Shown here piece after piece: positions 11,861 through 23,519 of a DNA stretch of 64,000 bases. The notes below the pieces were generated by a model. It was given only the letters and a program-made list of their open reading frames with translations. It was not told where the DNA came from and made no database searches. The first letter of the stretch is position 1. Each line of letters starts with the position of its first letter. Location: contig OZ024750.1 of assembly GCA_964016885.1 (NCBI GenBank), forward strand, positions 40,610,001 through 40,674,000, read 5' to 3'. Made by a program: the position numbers and the translations under genes. This DNA is from Eledone cirrhosa. Taxonomy: Eukaryota.

Positions 11861-12225
11861 GTAGGTAGCTTCGTGATCCCACCGGACAGAATGGAGAAAA
11901 AAAGCATTGCCGCATCGGATGGTAAGGGAGACGTGTTGGAATACAATCATACCTACAGGTGGCTAACTCCGCCCCGATATAGGTTAATAAGGGAGGTAGT
12001 CCAGGGATCCAAGAATGCCGGAAGTTTCCATTGCTACAGAATTTACGTAAAGCTCCGAATCGTTTTAAGAAACGCAGCCTGGTCTCGGATTTTTTTAGAT
12101 GCGCGTGCGAGACTTTGTGATATCATCGTGTGAAATAACTAAACGCCGAAAGTTGTTAGAAATGATTTACTGATTTTTTAAAAGGAATACAGAAAATGAT
12201 CTAAAATGCATTTTCGGTTTCTTAG

Positions 12226-12342
12226 TTCCAGAAGCTCCACAAAATCTCCGTTTGGTGGCACACACGAAGGACCAAGTGAAACTGACTTGGGACCCTCCTC
12301 TAAACTGCAGCAGTGATTTGAAATACTATATTGTGCAGACAG
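12226..12342 (+). CDS. FN3-domain protein, exon 5 (VPEAPQNLRLVAHTKDQVKLTWDPPLNCSSDLKYYIVQT)
   Basis: tttcttag acceptor, CAG|gtaagg donor; phase 1 to 1; classic FN3 start PxAPxNL...LxWxPP...Y. Confidence 0.92.
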
Positions 12343-12758
12343 GTAAGGTATTTATTTCCAATTGAACTTCAGTGGTAAGAAACTCCCAGAAGAACTGAAC
12401 AGCAGAAAATGTCTTCTGAGAGGAACCCTCATCCTTAAGCAACTGTGGCAACCCTTAACTTCTTACACCCTAAGGGGGGAGGGTGGTGTCGCATCCAGGT
12501 CTTGACTCCTGGGTGGCCTTCTGCTGAGATTTAGCTATTTCTGTATCAGAGATGTTGTGTATCTACACCGTATGGGGGAGATTTTGTTGATAAGAACTAG
12601 AACTCCTCTCCTTTGCTTTCAAACCAAGATTAATCGTTGGAAAAAATAACGTTGGTAGTCATGGCAACGGTGAGACGTCAACTGTGACCCCCCCCCCCCC
12701 CCCCCCGCCATCACCAACATCATATATAAAGAGGAAAAGAAACGTTCTGGCGTTCATA

Positions 12759-12818
<60 letters not shown>

Positions 12819-12864
12819 GCATACACAGAGTGAGAGAGATACATACACAAATATACACCAATTA

Positions 12865-13400
12865 TAATGGTTTCTGTTTTAGGCACAAGGCCAGCAATTT
12901 TGAAGAGAAGGGAAGTAGATTACTGGTACTTTAGTTTATCGACACCAGTGTATTACTGGTACTTTATTTTTATCGACACCAGTATATTACTGGTACTTTA
13001 TTTTATCGACCCCGTAAGGATGAAAGGCAAAGTTAACCTCGGCGGGATTTGAAATCAGAAAGTAAAGGGCCGAAACTCTATGATGGAGTACCAGCTATGG
13101 TTCTATAAAATGGAACCAGCAATTTAAAAGGGTTCCTACGTAAATTAAAACCTTTCACCATAATTTGATATAAAATCTTTTAAAGTTATGTGACAAATAT
13201 GGTTTTAATAATTTGAAGGGAAGGAAAAAGTCGATTAAATGGCCCTCAGTGCATGACTGGTTATTTATTTTATCGATCCCGTAAGGATTAAAGGCAAAGC
13301 TAACCTCGTCGGGATTTGAACTCAGAACGCGAAGGGCCGTAACTCTGTGCCGTGAAACATGGTGTCCGACGCTCTATCGATACTACCAATGAACCGCCCA
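12865..13400 (-). mobile_element. Two SINE family A copies; the first has an internal triplication
   Basis: TTACTGGTACTTTATTTTATCGAC repeated three times at about 12920-13010; second copy about 13220-13400. Confidence 0.8.
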
Positions 13401-14444
13401 ATTATGGCCTTAATAATTAATACTTTTATTAAATCCCTCCAAATGTTTCATTAATTAATTGAAAATCAATGTATGTCATTAGAAATATGGAGCTTTTCTT
13501 CAATTTCTCTTCCTCATTTCTTCTCTTTCCCTTTCTCTCTCCCCCTTCTGCCCCCCCCCCTTCTCCCTGGAAAAAAAATCGGCATTGTTCCGAGCTGGAA
13601 AGAGATTGATCAGTCATGATTTAAAATGTCCAATACACGCCGAGTTAAGACCCTTTCCTTTCCTTACTTTCTTACTGTGTCATATTGTCGATAGATGATA
13701 TATATGTGTAAAAGTCTTTCATGGAAGTTAGTTCTTTACTGGGGAGAAACATTTTCAGGGGTGTTATAAAATATATTTTACCCGAACATTTTTTTATTTA
13801 TTATTAATAAAACATAAAAATTGCAAATAATGTCCAAATTTTTCTGCGGACCACAACATTTTCTCTCGGACTACCAGAGGTCCCAAGACCACCAGTTGGG
13901 GAACGCTGGCCTATATAACTTAACTATTATATGTCTATGAAACAATTATTATCAGTCTACAATAAACAACAATATCCAGTGATGTATAGAGCGTAGTCAC
14001 AAGATTATAAATATGTGATTATATGGTCAGAAGCTTTAAGTTCACAGCTTTAAGTCTGCCTTGCTTACCAGCAATGTTTAAAACATATCATCTCAAATGT
14101 GATCTGGATGTGAGGTCAGATTAGGTCCTTTTGAAGCCTTTGATCTCTTAAAAGATTATGATGCCCTCATATATAAAGTCTGCAAAACAATTTGGGGGTG
14201 GGTGGTTTGGTGATGACGAATACATTTAAAATGGTGTCTCCTTCCCCCTTTTCTTGATGCCATATGCATGTAAGGTCCCCCGTTACTCCCGAGGGAGTCG
14301 TAGGAGTGCCGTATAGACATACAGTATTTCTAGGGTATTTTTTTTAAAGACCGGTGGAGCCAATCTCCTCTCCACGTTTGAATACAGCAAATTTCTTCCA
14401 GAGAAGGATAGTGTAAGAATGGAAGTGAGAAAGAGATACAGAGG

Positions 14445-14605
14445 AAGAATCGACCCCAGTATTAGACTGGTACTTTTTTATCGATCTCCAATGGATGAAA
14501 GGAAAAGTTGACGTCGGTGGGTTTTGAACTCAGAGAGCAGAAAGCCAGAACGAATACCACAAACCATTCTATCTGACGTTCTAACCACTCTGTCAATTCA
14601 CCGTC
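14445..14605 (-). mobile_element. SINE family A, diverged
   Basis: CTGGTACTTTTTTATCGA...GGATGAAAGG...TTTGAACTCAG. Confidence 0.75.
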
Positions 14606-14963
14606 ATCTTGATGCCATAAGCACGTGCTTATTCTGCTTAATGATTAATCCAGCCCTACATATACCTATTTTATCGATTCCTGAACGGAAAAAGTGCAAG
14701 TGAACCACTCAAAGCCACTCAACCTCGAAATGCTAATTAATTATTCTGCGTGGTTCAATGCCCAGGAACGAATCTAGTCAGCATATCTCAATCGAGTTTC
14801 GTTAAATCTGATAATAACCTAGGCATTCACTTAATTTCGAAAGGTTTATGAGTTCAAATGTGCCGAGCTTTAAAAAACATGATAAAACCCAATATATACT
14901 TCGATATTATTCTATTAATATTTCATGTGTTTAATCGTTTGTGTTTTCTCTCTCTGCCCCCAG

Positions 14964-15058
14964 AATGTGTAGATAACAGTTATACTAAGAAACAAACAGT
15001 TATGTCAAACTCTATTATTACTAATTCCTCGCGTCCAGCTGTGAACCACATCTTAAAG
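14964..15058 (+). CDS. FN3-domain protein, exon 6 (ECVDNSYTKKQTVMSNSIITNSSRPAVNHILK)
   Basis: Long pyrimidine tract plus cag acceptor, AAG|gtttgt donor; phase 1 to 0. Confidence 0.75.
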
Positions 15059-15364
15059 GTTTGTCCAGTTCTTCATTTAAAATATATTTTCGATTGTTAA
15101 ATATCCTGGGTACATCATTACTTTGTTTTGTTTTATTTGTCATCATTTGCCCTTTATATTTTTCTACCACATTCTACCAGCTTTCTGAAACATTTTTCGT
15201 TTTTTCTTTTACTACATATTTTAGATTATTCTACTGTTTAAAGAAAGCATTTCAATTTTGTGTGTGTATGTGGGGGGGGGGGGGGTATTGCTGTTGTTAA
15301 CATTGTTGTTGTTGCATTGACGTAAGCAAGTTCGCCTTGGTCGAGCTGTTCTATGGCATGGATG

Positions 15365-15980
15365 TAGTTGGCGCAACTATAAGATGTGACCCTTTAGTCA
15401 TCCGAATTACAAGATACAACTCTATAAGTCAGCAGAATTACGAGATGTGACCCTATAGTCAGCACAATTACAAGATGCGACCCTATAGTCAGCCGAATAA
15501 CGAGGTGTGACCCTGAAGTCAGCACAACTATAAGATGAGACCCTATAGTCGGCACAACTACAATATATGACCCTATAGTGGGCAGAATCCTGTGATACGA
15601 CCCTATAGTCGGCACAACTACAATATGTGACCCTGTAGTGGGCAGAATCCTGTGATACGACCCTATAGTCGGCACAACTACAATATATGACCCTATAGTG
15701 GGCAGAATCCTGTGATACGACCCTATAGTCGGCACAACTACAATATATGACCCTATAGTGGGCAGAATCCTGTGATACGACCCTATAGTCGGCACAACTA
15801 CAATATATGACCCTATAGTGGGCAGAATCCTGTGATACGACCCTATAGTCGGCACAACTACAATATATGACCCTATAGTGGGCAGAATCCTGTGATACGA
15901 CCCTATAGTCGGCACAACTACAATATGTGACCCTATAGTGGGCAGAATCCTGTGATACGACCCTATAGTCGGCAGAATCC
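15365..15980. repeat. 30-bp minisatellite forming a 60-bp dimeric higher-order repeat
   Basis: CCCTATAGTCGGCACAACTACAATATATGA alternates with CCCTATAGTGGGCAGAATCCTGTGATACGA. Confidence 0.95.
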
Positions 15981-16357
15981 CACGACACGACCCACAGACC
16001 CATCTTCTGCTCCAGTATATATCTCATTATCTATATTAGTGATTGGAGAGATGTTACATTCTGTAAACCTTGATTGTTTCTTGATGGAACTCGATCGAGT
16101 GAGCTTTGTTTTTGTGACACCTAAATGGAAGACGGCAGCCAGACCCATCTGGAGGATCAGTGGAAGCAATTAAGTACTGACTCAGTCTGTAAAGACAGGT
16201 TCAACCCTTTCTAGCAGCGAAAACAGACGTTAAATGATGATGAGGAGCAGAGGCCATTTTGGAAACGGTAGAAATTGCAGGGAACACATTGCAGCTTTAC
16301 TTTCTTTTGTTACAGTTGCAGTAGTTGTTGGATTTACGGTTTTGTCGCTATTCTTAA

Positions 16358-16520
16358 TGCAACATTTTAGTGTTGCACATTTAGTGTTGCACATTTTGGA
16401 ATTGCACATTATAGCGTAGCCCATTTTGGTGTTGTATGTTTTAGCGTTGCACATTTTGGTATTGTACATTTTGCTGTTGCACGTTTTGCTGTTGCACGTT
16501 TTGCTGTTGCACATTTGCAA
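16358..16520. repeat. 15-bp degenerate tandem repeat (GTTGCACATTTTGCT)
   Basis: Direct reading. Confidence 0.8.
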
Positions 16521-16589
16521 TTATTTTTTTCTACAGTTTTCGCCCTACCAAGCATTCTTGTTGTTATAATGTTGTTCTTCAATTCTTAG

Positions 16590-16656
16590 GTGAGGGCTGA
16601 AAATATAAAAGGAAAAGGTCCTTTCTCCTCGATAGAAGTGAATACATCAGGCACAG
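16590..16656 (+). CDS. FN3-domain protein, exon 7 (VRAENIKGKGPFSSIEVNTSGT)
   Basis: ttcttag acceptor, CAG|gttagt donor; phase 0 to 1; VRAxNxxGxGPxS is the FN3 F-G signature. Confidence 0.92.
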
Positions 16657-16711
16657 GTTAGTATTCCACTGTTTTTATTTGAAGGTCAATATTGTTATAT
16701 AATAGACATTG

Positions 16712-16860
16712 CATTGGCAGAATCGTTAGAGCGTTGGATAGAATGTCTTGCGGTATTTGTTCTGGTTCTCTCTTCTCTGAGTTCAAAACTCACCGAGGTC
16801 AAATTTGCCTTTCATCCTTTCAAGGTCGATAAAAAAAGTACCAGTCTAATACTGGGGTTA
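16712..16860 (+). mobile_element. SINE family A
   Basis: TTGGCAGAATCGTTAGAG...GAGTTCAAAAC...TTTGCCTTTCATCC. Confidence 0.8.
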
Positions 16861-17206
16861 AATATTCCTCTATATCTCTTTCTCGCTTCTTCACTATCAC
16901 ACACAGACACACCTTCTCCCTCCCTCTCCCCGTCCCTTCCTCTTTCATTGAAAGAAATTGGCTGTGTTCAGACCTGGAGAGGGGATGAGCCCCGCCAGGT
17001 TTAAAACTGCCCCGGTTACGCTGTTTCTGGTTTCTAATTCAGGTACAAAACCTGGTAATTTTGGTGCCGAGAGGGAGAAATCGATTACTTGGTACTTTAT
17101 CAACCACTGAAGGATGAAAGGCAAAGCTGACCCCGAAAGGATTTGAACTCAGAACTTAAAGAACCAGAACAAAATACCGCTAAGCATTTTTTCCGAGACT
17201 CTAAAG

Positions 17207-17488
17207 CAGTCATGGGCAACCTGCGACCCGCGAAGCTTTCTGAATGGCTCGCCTAAGTCACCTAAGTGAAATCTTTCTGATTTTTTTTACCCCGACTTTT
17301 TAGTGGTAATTTATCTTTATATCATTTTTACGATTGAGGAAAACAATCTGTACGAATTCTGAAGAAAGAAATGAAAACAACCTGAGTTACGGTCCTTTTT
17401 TTAATGTGGGCACGAATGTAAATTAGCGCTTGTGGCCCGCCTGATGAGCCATATCTCATGTGGCCTCGAAAAAGTTTGCCCATGCCTG
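17207..17488. mobile_element. hAT-type MITE nested in a minus-strand SINE A (about 17020-17510)
   Basis: TIRs CAGTCATGGGCAA...TTGCCCATGCCTG; 8-bp TSD CTCTAAAG/CTCTAATG. Confidence 0.8.
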
Positions 17489-17919
17489 CTCTAATGGTTC
17501 CCCCCAACTCCCCCCCCCCCCCTCCCAGCATTAATTATTGCTGTCAGACAGGGTCTGTGAAGGTCTTCCAAATTACGTTTAATGAACATTCTGATTTTTT
17601 TTTCTTTTTCCGTAGTCGTTCTCCATCTTAAAAACCCATTTAGGTATACTTATTCGGCATTTAAATCGGATCAAAATATTTTCAGCTTGTCAGGATTCGA
17701 ACCTGGAATCTCCAGATCAAAAAATCGTTGATTCAACTCCTGGACCGGGTAGCTCGTATTTCTGAAAAAAATAACTTTATTATTTTACTTTGCTCTTTCT
17801 GCCATGAGTTACGACTAACAGACAGTTTCAGCAATGGGAAGACCAATGGAAACATTGCTTTCTTAGTCCGATCTGACGATCGTTTCTTTTTCTTTTATGA
17901 AATAAGTTTTTATGATTCA

Positions 17920-18436
17920 TTAACATCATCATCATCATTATCGTCTTCGCCATCGTTTAACCCTCATTTTCCACTCTAGCATGGGTTAGACGAGTTGTCC
18001 CGTTGTGGGACAAGTCAGATCAAGTGACCATGTCTTGCTCATACAGAACTGTTTCCGGTTTGGTTTCTACGGCTGGATGCTCTTCCTAACGCCAACCACA
18101 TTTACAGTGAGGACTGGGTGCGTTTTGTAGTGTCACCAGCACGACCACCTTACAAGATGGGTTGGGTGCTTTTTGTTGTGTCACCAGCACGACCACGACC
18201 ACCTTACAGGATGGGCTGGGTGCTTTTTGTCGTGTCACCAGCACGACCACCTTACAGGATGGGCTGGGTGCTTTTTGTCGTGTCACCAGCACGACCACCT
18301 TACAGGATGGGCTGGGTGCTTTTTGTCGTGTCACCAGCACGACCACCTTACAAGGTGGGCTGGGCGATATTTGTTATGTCACCAGCACGACCACCGTACA
18401 GGATGGGCTAGGCGCTTTTTGTCACCTAGACGACCA
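17920..18436 (-). mobile_element. SINE B-related element with internal ~51-bp tandem amplification
   Basis: (TCA)n tail; GGCTGGATGCTCTTCCTAACGCCAACC motif; about six copies of ...CTGGGTGCTTTTTGTCGTGTCACCAGCACGACCACCTTACAGG. Confidence 0.75.
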
Positions 18437-18846
18437 TCGTATTTTATTTAAAAGCTCAAATTCTTAACAATTGTTCGATAAACTATTATTCTTACACTTC
18501 TGAATGTAAACAAAAGCAACAAAAGGAACGATCGACTTTCGTCAAATCGGCCCGAGGAAACAATGTTTCCATTGGCCTTTCCAATTCCTAATACTATCTA
18601 TCGGTCGCAACTCCAGGTAGAAGGAGCAGCGTGAAATAAAATGTCTTGCTCAAGGACATAACGCATCGTCCGGTATGGGAATCGAACTCACAACCTCACG
18701 ATCGCGGCGACAAAAGAGTTTACAACTTGGAGAGGATTTACGGTGTTTGCTGGTTAAATTACACCAATTATATGTGGCGACGTTGATATTAATTTCATTT
18801 CAAATAAATTATTGCATCTTTTGTGTTTGTTTTTCTTATCTTCTAG

Positions 18847-19043
18847 GTGACCATATTCCTCCCGAACCAACTGCGACGGCCATTGGCAGCAATGCCTTGG
18901 ATTTATCATGGTTACCACCAACGCAACCACTCGGACATTTCATCCGTTATGAGGTTTTCATGGATGGCAAAACCATCTATTCTGGAAATAATATGGACAT
19001 TACCCTCACAAATTTAACACCCGATACAGAATATACGTTTGTG
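18847..19043 (+). CDS. FN3-domain protein, exon 8 (GDHIPPEPTATAIGSNALDLSWLPPTQPLGHFIRYEVFMDGKTIYSGNNMDITLTNLTPDTEYTFV)
   Basis: cttctag acceptor, GTG|gtaagg donor; phase 1 to 0; LSWxPP, Y and LxPxTxY FN3 signatures. Confidence 0.93.
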
Positions 19044-19322
19044 GTAAGGTTGATGTTAGAACGTTTTCTAATTTAGACAAACGGCTGGCAATTCGTTGGA
19101 GGTGGGGAGGGGGGTTTAAATCAACCCCCAGTCCTTAACTGGTACATTATTTTATCGGCCCCACACCCGATACAGAATATACGTTTGTGGTAAGATTGAT
19201 GTTAGAACGTTTTCTAATTTAGACAAACGGCTGGCAATTCGTTGGAGGTGGTGGTGGTGGGGTGGGGTGGGGGGTTTAAATCAACCCCCCAGTCCTTAAC
19301 TGGTACATTATTTTATCGGCCC
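19017..19322 (+). repeat. ~146-bp tandem duplication spanning the exon 8 donor
   Basis: ACACCCGATACAGAATATACGTTTGTGGTAAG occurs at 19017 and 19163, each followed by the same intron sequence. Confidence 0.9.
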
Positions 19323-19501
19323 CCGGAAGACTGAAAGGCAAAGTTAACCTTGGTGGAGTTTGAACTCAGAAATTAAAGAGCTGGATGACATACTTCAAAG
19401 AGGTTTGTTCAACGTTTTAACAACTCGGCCAATCCGTCATCCTTCGGAATGTTACAGGACTGAGGTATGCTCGGATGTGTCCTACCAACTTTAATATTAA
19501 T

Positions 19502-20688
19502 CTGACAGAGACCCACGCTCTCAACTGGTACTCAGCCTGACAGAGACCCACGCTGTCAACTGGTACTCAGCCTGACAGAGACCCACGCTGTCAACTGGTA
19601 CTCAGCCTGACAGAGACCCACGCTGTCAACTGGTACTCAGCCTGACAGAGACCCACGCTGTCAACTGGTACTCAGCCTGACAGAGACCCACGCTCTCAAC
19701 TGGTACTCAGCCTGACAGAGACCCACGCTGTCAACTGGTACTCAGCCTGACAGAGACCCACGCTGTCAACTGGTTCTCAGCCTGACAGAGACCCACGCTG
19801 TCAACTGGTACTCAGCCTGACAGACCCACGCTGTCAACTGGTACTCAGCCTGACAGAGACCCACGCTGTCAACTGGTTCTCAGCCTGACAGAGACCCACG
19901 CTGTCAACTGGTACTCAGCCTGACAGACCCACGCTGTCAACTGGTACTCAGCCTGACAGAGACCCACGCTGTCAACTGGTACTCAGCCTGACAGAGACCC
20001 ACGCTGTCAACTGGTACTCAGCCTGACAGAGACCCACGCTGTCAACTGGTACTCAGCCTGACAGAGACCCACGCTGTCAACTGGTACTCAGCCTGACAGA
20101 GAACCACGCTGTCAACTGGTACTCAGCTTGACAGAGACCCACGCTGTCAACTGGTACTCAGCCTGACAGAGACCCACGCTGTCAACTGGTACTCAGCCTG
20201 ACAGACTTCTGTCAACTAGTACTCAGCCTGACAGAGACCCACGCTGTCAACTAGTACTCAGCCTGACAGAGACCCACGCTGTCAACTGGTACTCAGCCTG
20301 ACAGAGACCCACGCTGTCAACTAGTACTCAGCCTGACAGAGACCCACGCTGTCAACTGGTACTCAGCCTGACAGAGAACCACGCTGTCAACTGGTACTCA
20401 GCCTGACAGAGACCCACGCTGTCAACTGGTACTCAGCCTGACAGAGACCCACGCTGTCAACTGGTACTCAGCCTGACAGACTTCTGTCAACTAGTACTCA
20501 GCCTGACAGAGACCCACGCTGTCAACTGGTACTCAGCCTGACAGAGACCCACGCTGTCAACTAGTACTCAGCCTGACAGAGACCCACGCTGTCAACTGGT
20601 ACTCAGCCTGACAGAGACCCACGCTGTCAACTGGTACTCAGCCTGACAGAGACCCACGCTGTCAACTGGTACTCAGCCTGACAGAGAC
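19502..20688. repeat. 35-bp minisatellite CTGACAGAGACCCACGCTGTCAACTGGTACTCAGC, ~34 copies
   Basis: Direct reading; internal inverted repeat TGACAG/CTGTCA. Confidence 0.95.
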
Positions 20689-21544
20689 TGTCTACGTATC
20701 GGTGTTTCATGAGGTTTCACCTCCGGATCTGTGAGCAACACAAATGTTGCTGCAGATCCATGGTAGATGTTTTCGCCCTTCTTCCGCTGCCATTGTGACT
20801 TAGTGCTGGACACCATGCACGTTATACAGCTTTCAACGAGCCCATTAAGCATAACTTGGACGTTGCTGGCTTCCCATCGCAGCTCGAACCGGCTTGGTGT
20901 GGCCAAAGGGACTTTGCCTTTCATCCTTACGGGGTAGATAAAATAAAGTACCAGTAATGTACTGGGTAATTGCTGGCCTTGTGCCAAAATGTAGAAACAA
21001 TTATTATCATATCTCACAAACACACATATTTGTTGTATACGCAAGACACTACGAAGCTAAATGTTACGTCATAATATAGTTTTGACAACGAGTTACCATT
21101 GCTAGTTCATTCTTCTCTTTTCCCATTGTCTAATATTTTATATATCACTGATAATCTAAAGTTTTAGAAGGAACTAAATAGGAATTTGGAAGAGTTATTT
21201 AAATATTCTAAATGTAGCTTTAAACAAAGCAAACATTTGTATTCCGTGTGGATTTATTACTTGCTAGTAAAATTTAGTTCCTTTGTTAAGTGTTTATATT
21301 AATCTAACACTAGTCTAACAATATACACATGGCTGTATTCTACCAACTCTTCGACAGAATTCCAATAGAACCATCATCATCATACACATGAAAATGTTTG
21401 ACATTCTAATATATTTTCTATGAACCTTCTATATTTCACGTGAGCAACACTACATCATACTGAGCCCTATCGTTTTAAAGCCAGACAATTACGTCAGCCC
21501 TATCTTTTGTGTTGATACATTCGATACACAAATATGAACTAGCC

Positions 21545-21820
21545 TTAATATCGATCACACACCTACATAATTTAATATGTCTAAATATCGATCACACATA
21601 CCTATATATAAATTTGAATATCGATCACACATACTTATATAAATTTAATACATTTAAATATTGATCACATACATATATTTAATATATTTAAGTATCGATC
21701 ATACACACACCTATATATATATATTTAGTATATTTAAGTATCGATCACACATATTTAATATACTTAAGTATCGATCATACACACACCTATATATCTAATA
21801 CGTTTGATACATTTAAATTC
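21545..21820. repeat. Degenerate AT-rich tandem repeat with core TATCGATCACAC
   Basis: Direct reading, about seven copies. Confidence 0.75.
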
Positions 21821-22094
21821 ACAAATATGAACTACATTTGAATAATGTTCCCACTGATACGACTGGAACGGTGTACCCAGTACTACTTCACACACCTTAC
21901 TCTTTCTACATCATCTACCCTTAAATTCTACCCTGGTAAACTTGTTGTATTTCTACCCCTTATTTTAATCTTTCCCCCCTTCCTTCTTTCCCAGAATTCC
22001 TTCCATCTATACACTCTCCCTATCAATGTTTTCCACAATCACTAAGCCTCGGAAATTTGAACTAAACTTTAGTCTGTTGTCTACACACAATCAC

Positions 22095-22241
22095 TAACCC
22101 ACAAGAATTAAGCCATAAGAATTAACCCACGAGAATTAACCCACGAGAATTAACCTACGAGAATTAACCCGCAAGAATTAACCCGCAAGAATTAACCCAC
22201 GAGAATTAACCTACAAGAATTAACCCACAGAATTAACCCAC
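22095..22241. repeat. 14-bp tandem repeat AGAATTAACCCACG
   Basis: Direct reading. Confidence 0.9.
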
Positions 22242-22366
22242 ATCACCCTGCTGTCCCTATTTCCCAACTGCGGAAGATCTGAACATTCTATGGGTGTTTC
22301 GCCGTTTCAGAATAACCAATTGCAAAAGTAAAATCAATTTTAGTTTTCTGTCTTGAAGGCGGCGGC

Positions 22367-22413
<47 letters not shown>

Positions 22414-22471
22414 TTGTTGGCGTCGTCGTCGTTGTTGTTGTTGTTGTTGAAGAAGTAATTCTTTCTCTTAG

Positions 22472-22541
22472 GTATCTGCTCTGACTAACGAAGGACGGTT
22501 TGATAGCATCCCTGTGAAGATAAGAACAGCTCAAGATAACT
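22472..22541 (+). CDS. FN3-domain protein, exon 9 (VSALTNEGRFDSIPVKIRTAQDN)
   Basis: ctttctcttag acceptor, ACT|gtaagt donor; phase 0 to 1; completes FN3 domain 3. Confidence 0.88.
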
Positions 22542-22589
22542 GTAAGTGTTTAATCTGTGACGTATGTGCTTTCTTCTTTCAATTCCATC

Positions 22590-23030
22590 GATAGTTTCTG
22601 GTCGTGAATCTTGGGTTACGACCGAAAGAATACGATCACGAATACAAGCGGCTGAAATGGGGTTTTTCCAAAGGATCTTTGGTGTAACGTTACTCGATAG
22701 AGCGCGGAGTTCGGAGATCAGAGAGTCACTCTAGGTAGAGACACTACTTCTCCGAATTGAGAGATCACAGCTCCAATACTATGGCCATATGGTTAGAATG
22801 TTTCAGGAAAGATTCACTGGAGAGAGATTTTTTATGGGCAAACCCAACCGGCAGGAGACCCAGGGATAGACCACGGGCAAGATAGTTGGATAACATCCAT
22901 GAGCTCGGCTAGTCTCGATTGGGGATCCAGCCGGATCAGTTGGAGACGTTTGTTTCTGACAGGACCCACTGGAAGAAGTGTCTGAGGGCTCTGCTACCAT
23001 GACCCTCTCAGGAATGAGTGGACAAAGAAG
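22590..23030 (+). mobile_element. RTE-clade LINE 3' fragment (decayed)
   Basis: Translates GRESWVTTERIRSRIQAAEMGFFQRIFGVTLLDRARSSEIRESL*VETLLLRIERSQLQYYGHMVRM, typical of the RTE C-terminus; contains an in-frame stop. Confidence 0.85.
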
Positions 23031-23129
23031 ATTTCGTTGATCTCAGTATATTTCAAACAAGTTGGTCTATTAACTCTTGTTCTACATTATATGCAGTTCA
23101 TTTTATACTGACTACATGGATAGAAGCGA

Positions 23130-23380
23130 AAACGCGTGTCTCCGTGGTTAGGATATTGAGCTCATGATCGTAAGGCCGTAAGTTCAATCCCTGGTGATGT
23201 GTTGTGTCCTTGAGCAAGACATTTTATTTCATGTTGCTCACGTTCACCCAGGTAGAAAGAAAATGAGTTCTACCTGTAATTCAAAAGGTCAGCTTTTGTC
23301 ATACTGAATTTCCCTAAGAACTATGTTAAAGGTGCACGTGCCTGTTAAATGCTCAAGCATTTGATCATTGCTTTCACACG
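23130..23380 (+). mobile_element. tRNA-derived SINE with GTGTCCTTGAGCAAGAC core
   Basis: A box CCGTGGTTAGG, B box GTTCAATCC, then the core motif. Confidence 0.7.
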
Positions 23381-23519
23381 CACACATGCACCCCCCCCCC
23401 CCCCCCCACACACACACCTCACACACACACAGCGAATTAACTGAAACAATTGAGTCCAAAACTTGATATTCATTCGAATTAATTTCAAGTAAGGATCAGT
23501 ATTCCACTGAAAAGAAGAG

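Noticed and set aside
15365-15980. CRISPR-like repeat/spacer pattern
   Set aside because: The apparent spacers are themselves repeated, there are no cas genes, and the context is a eukaryotic intron. The same applies to 11400-11860 and 19502-20688.
22357-22449. Poly-Ala/Thr coding stretch
   Set aside because: Intronic mosaic trinucleotide repeat just upstream of the exon 9 acceptor.
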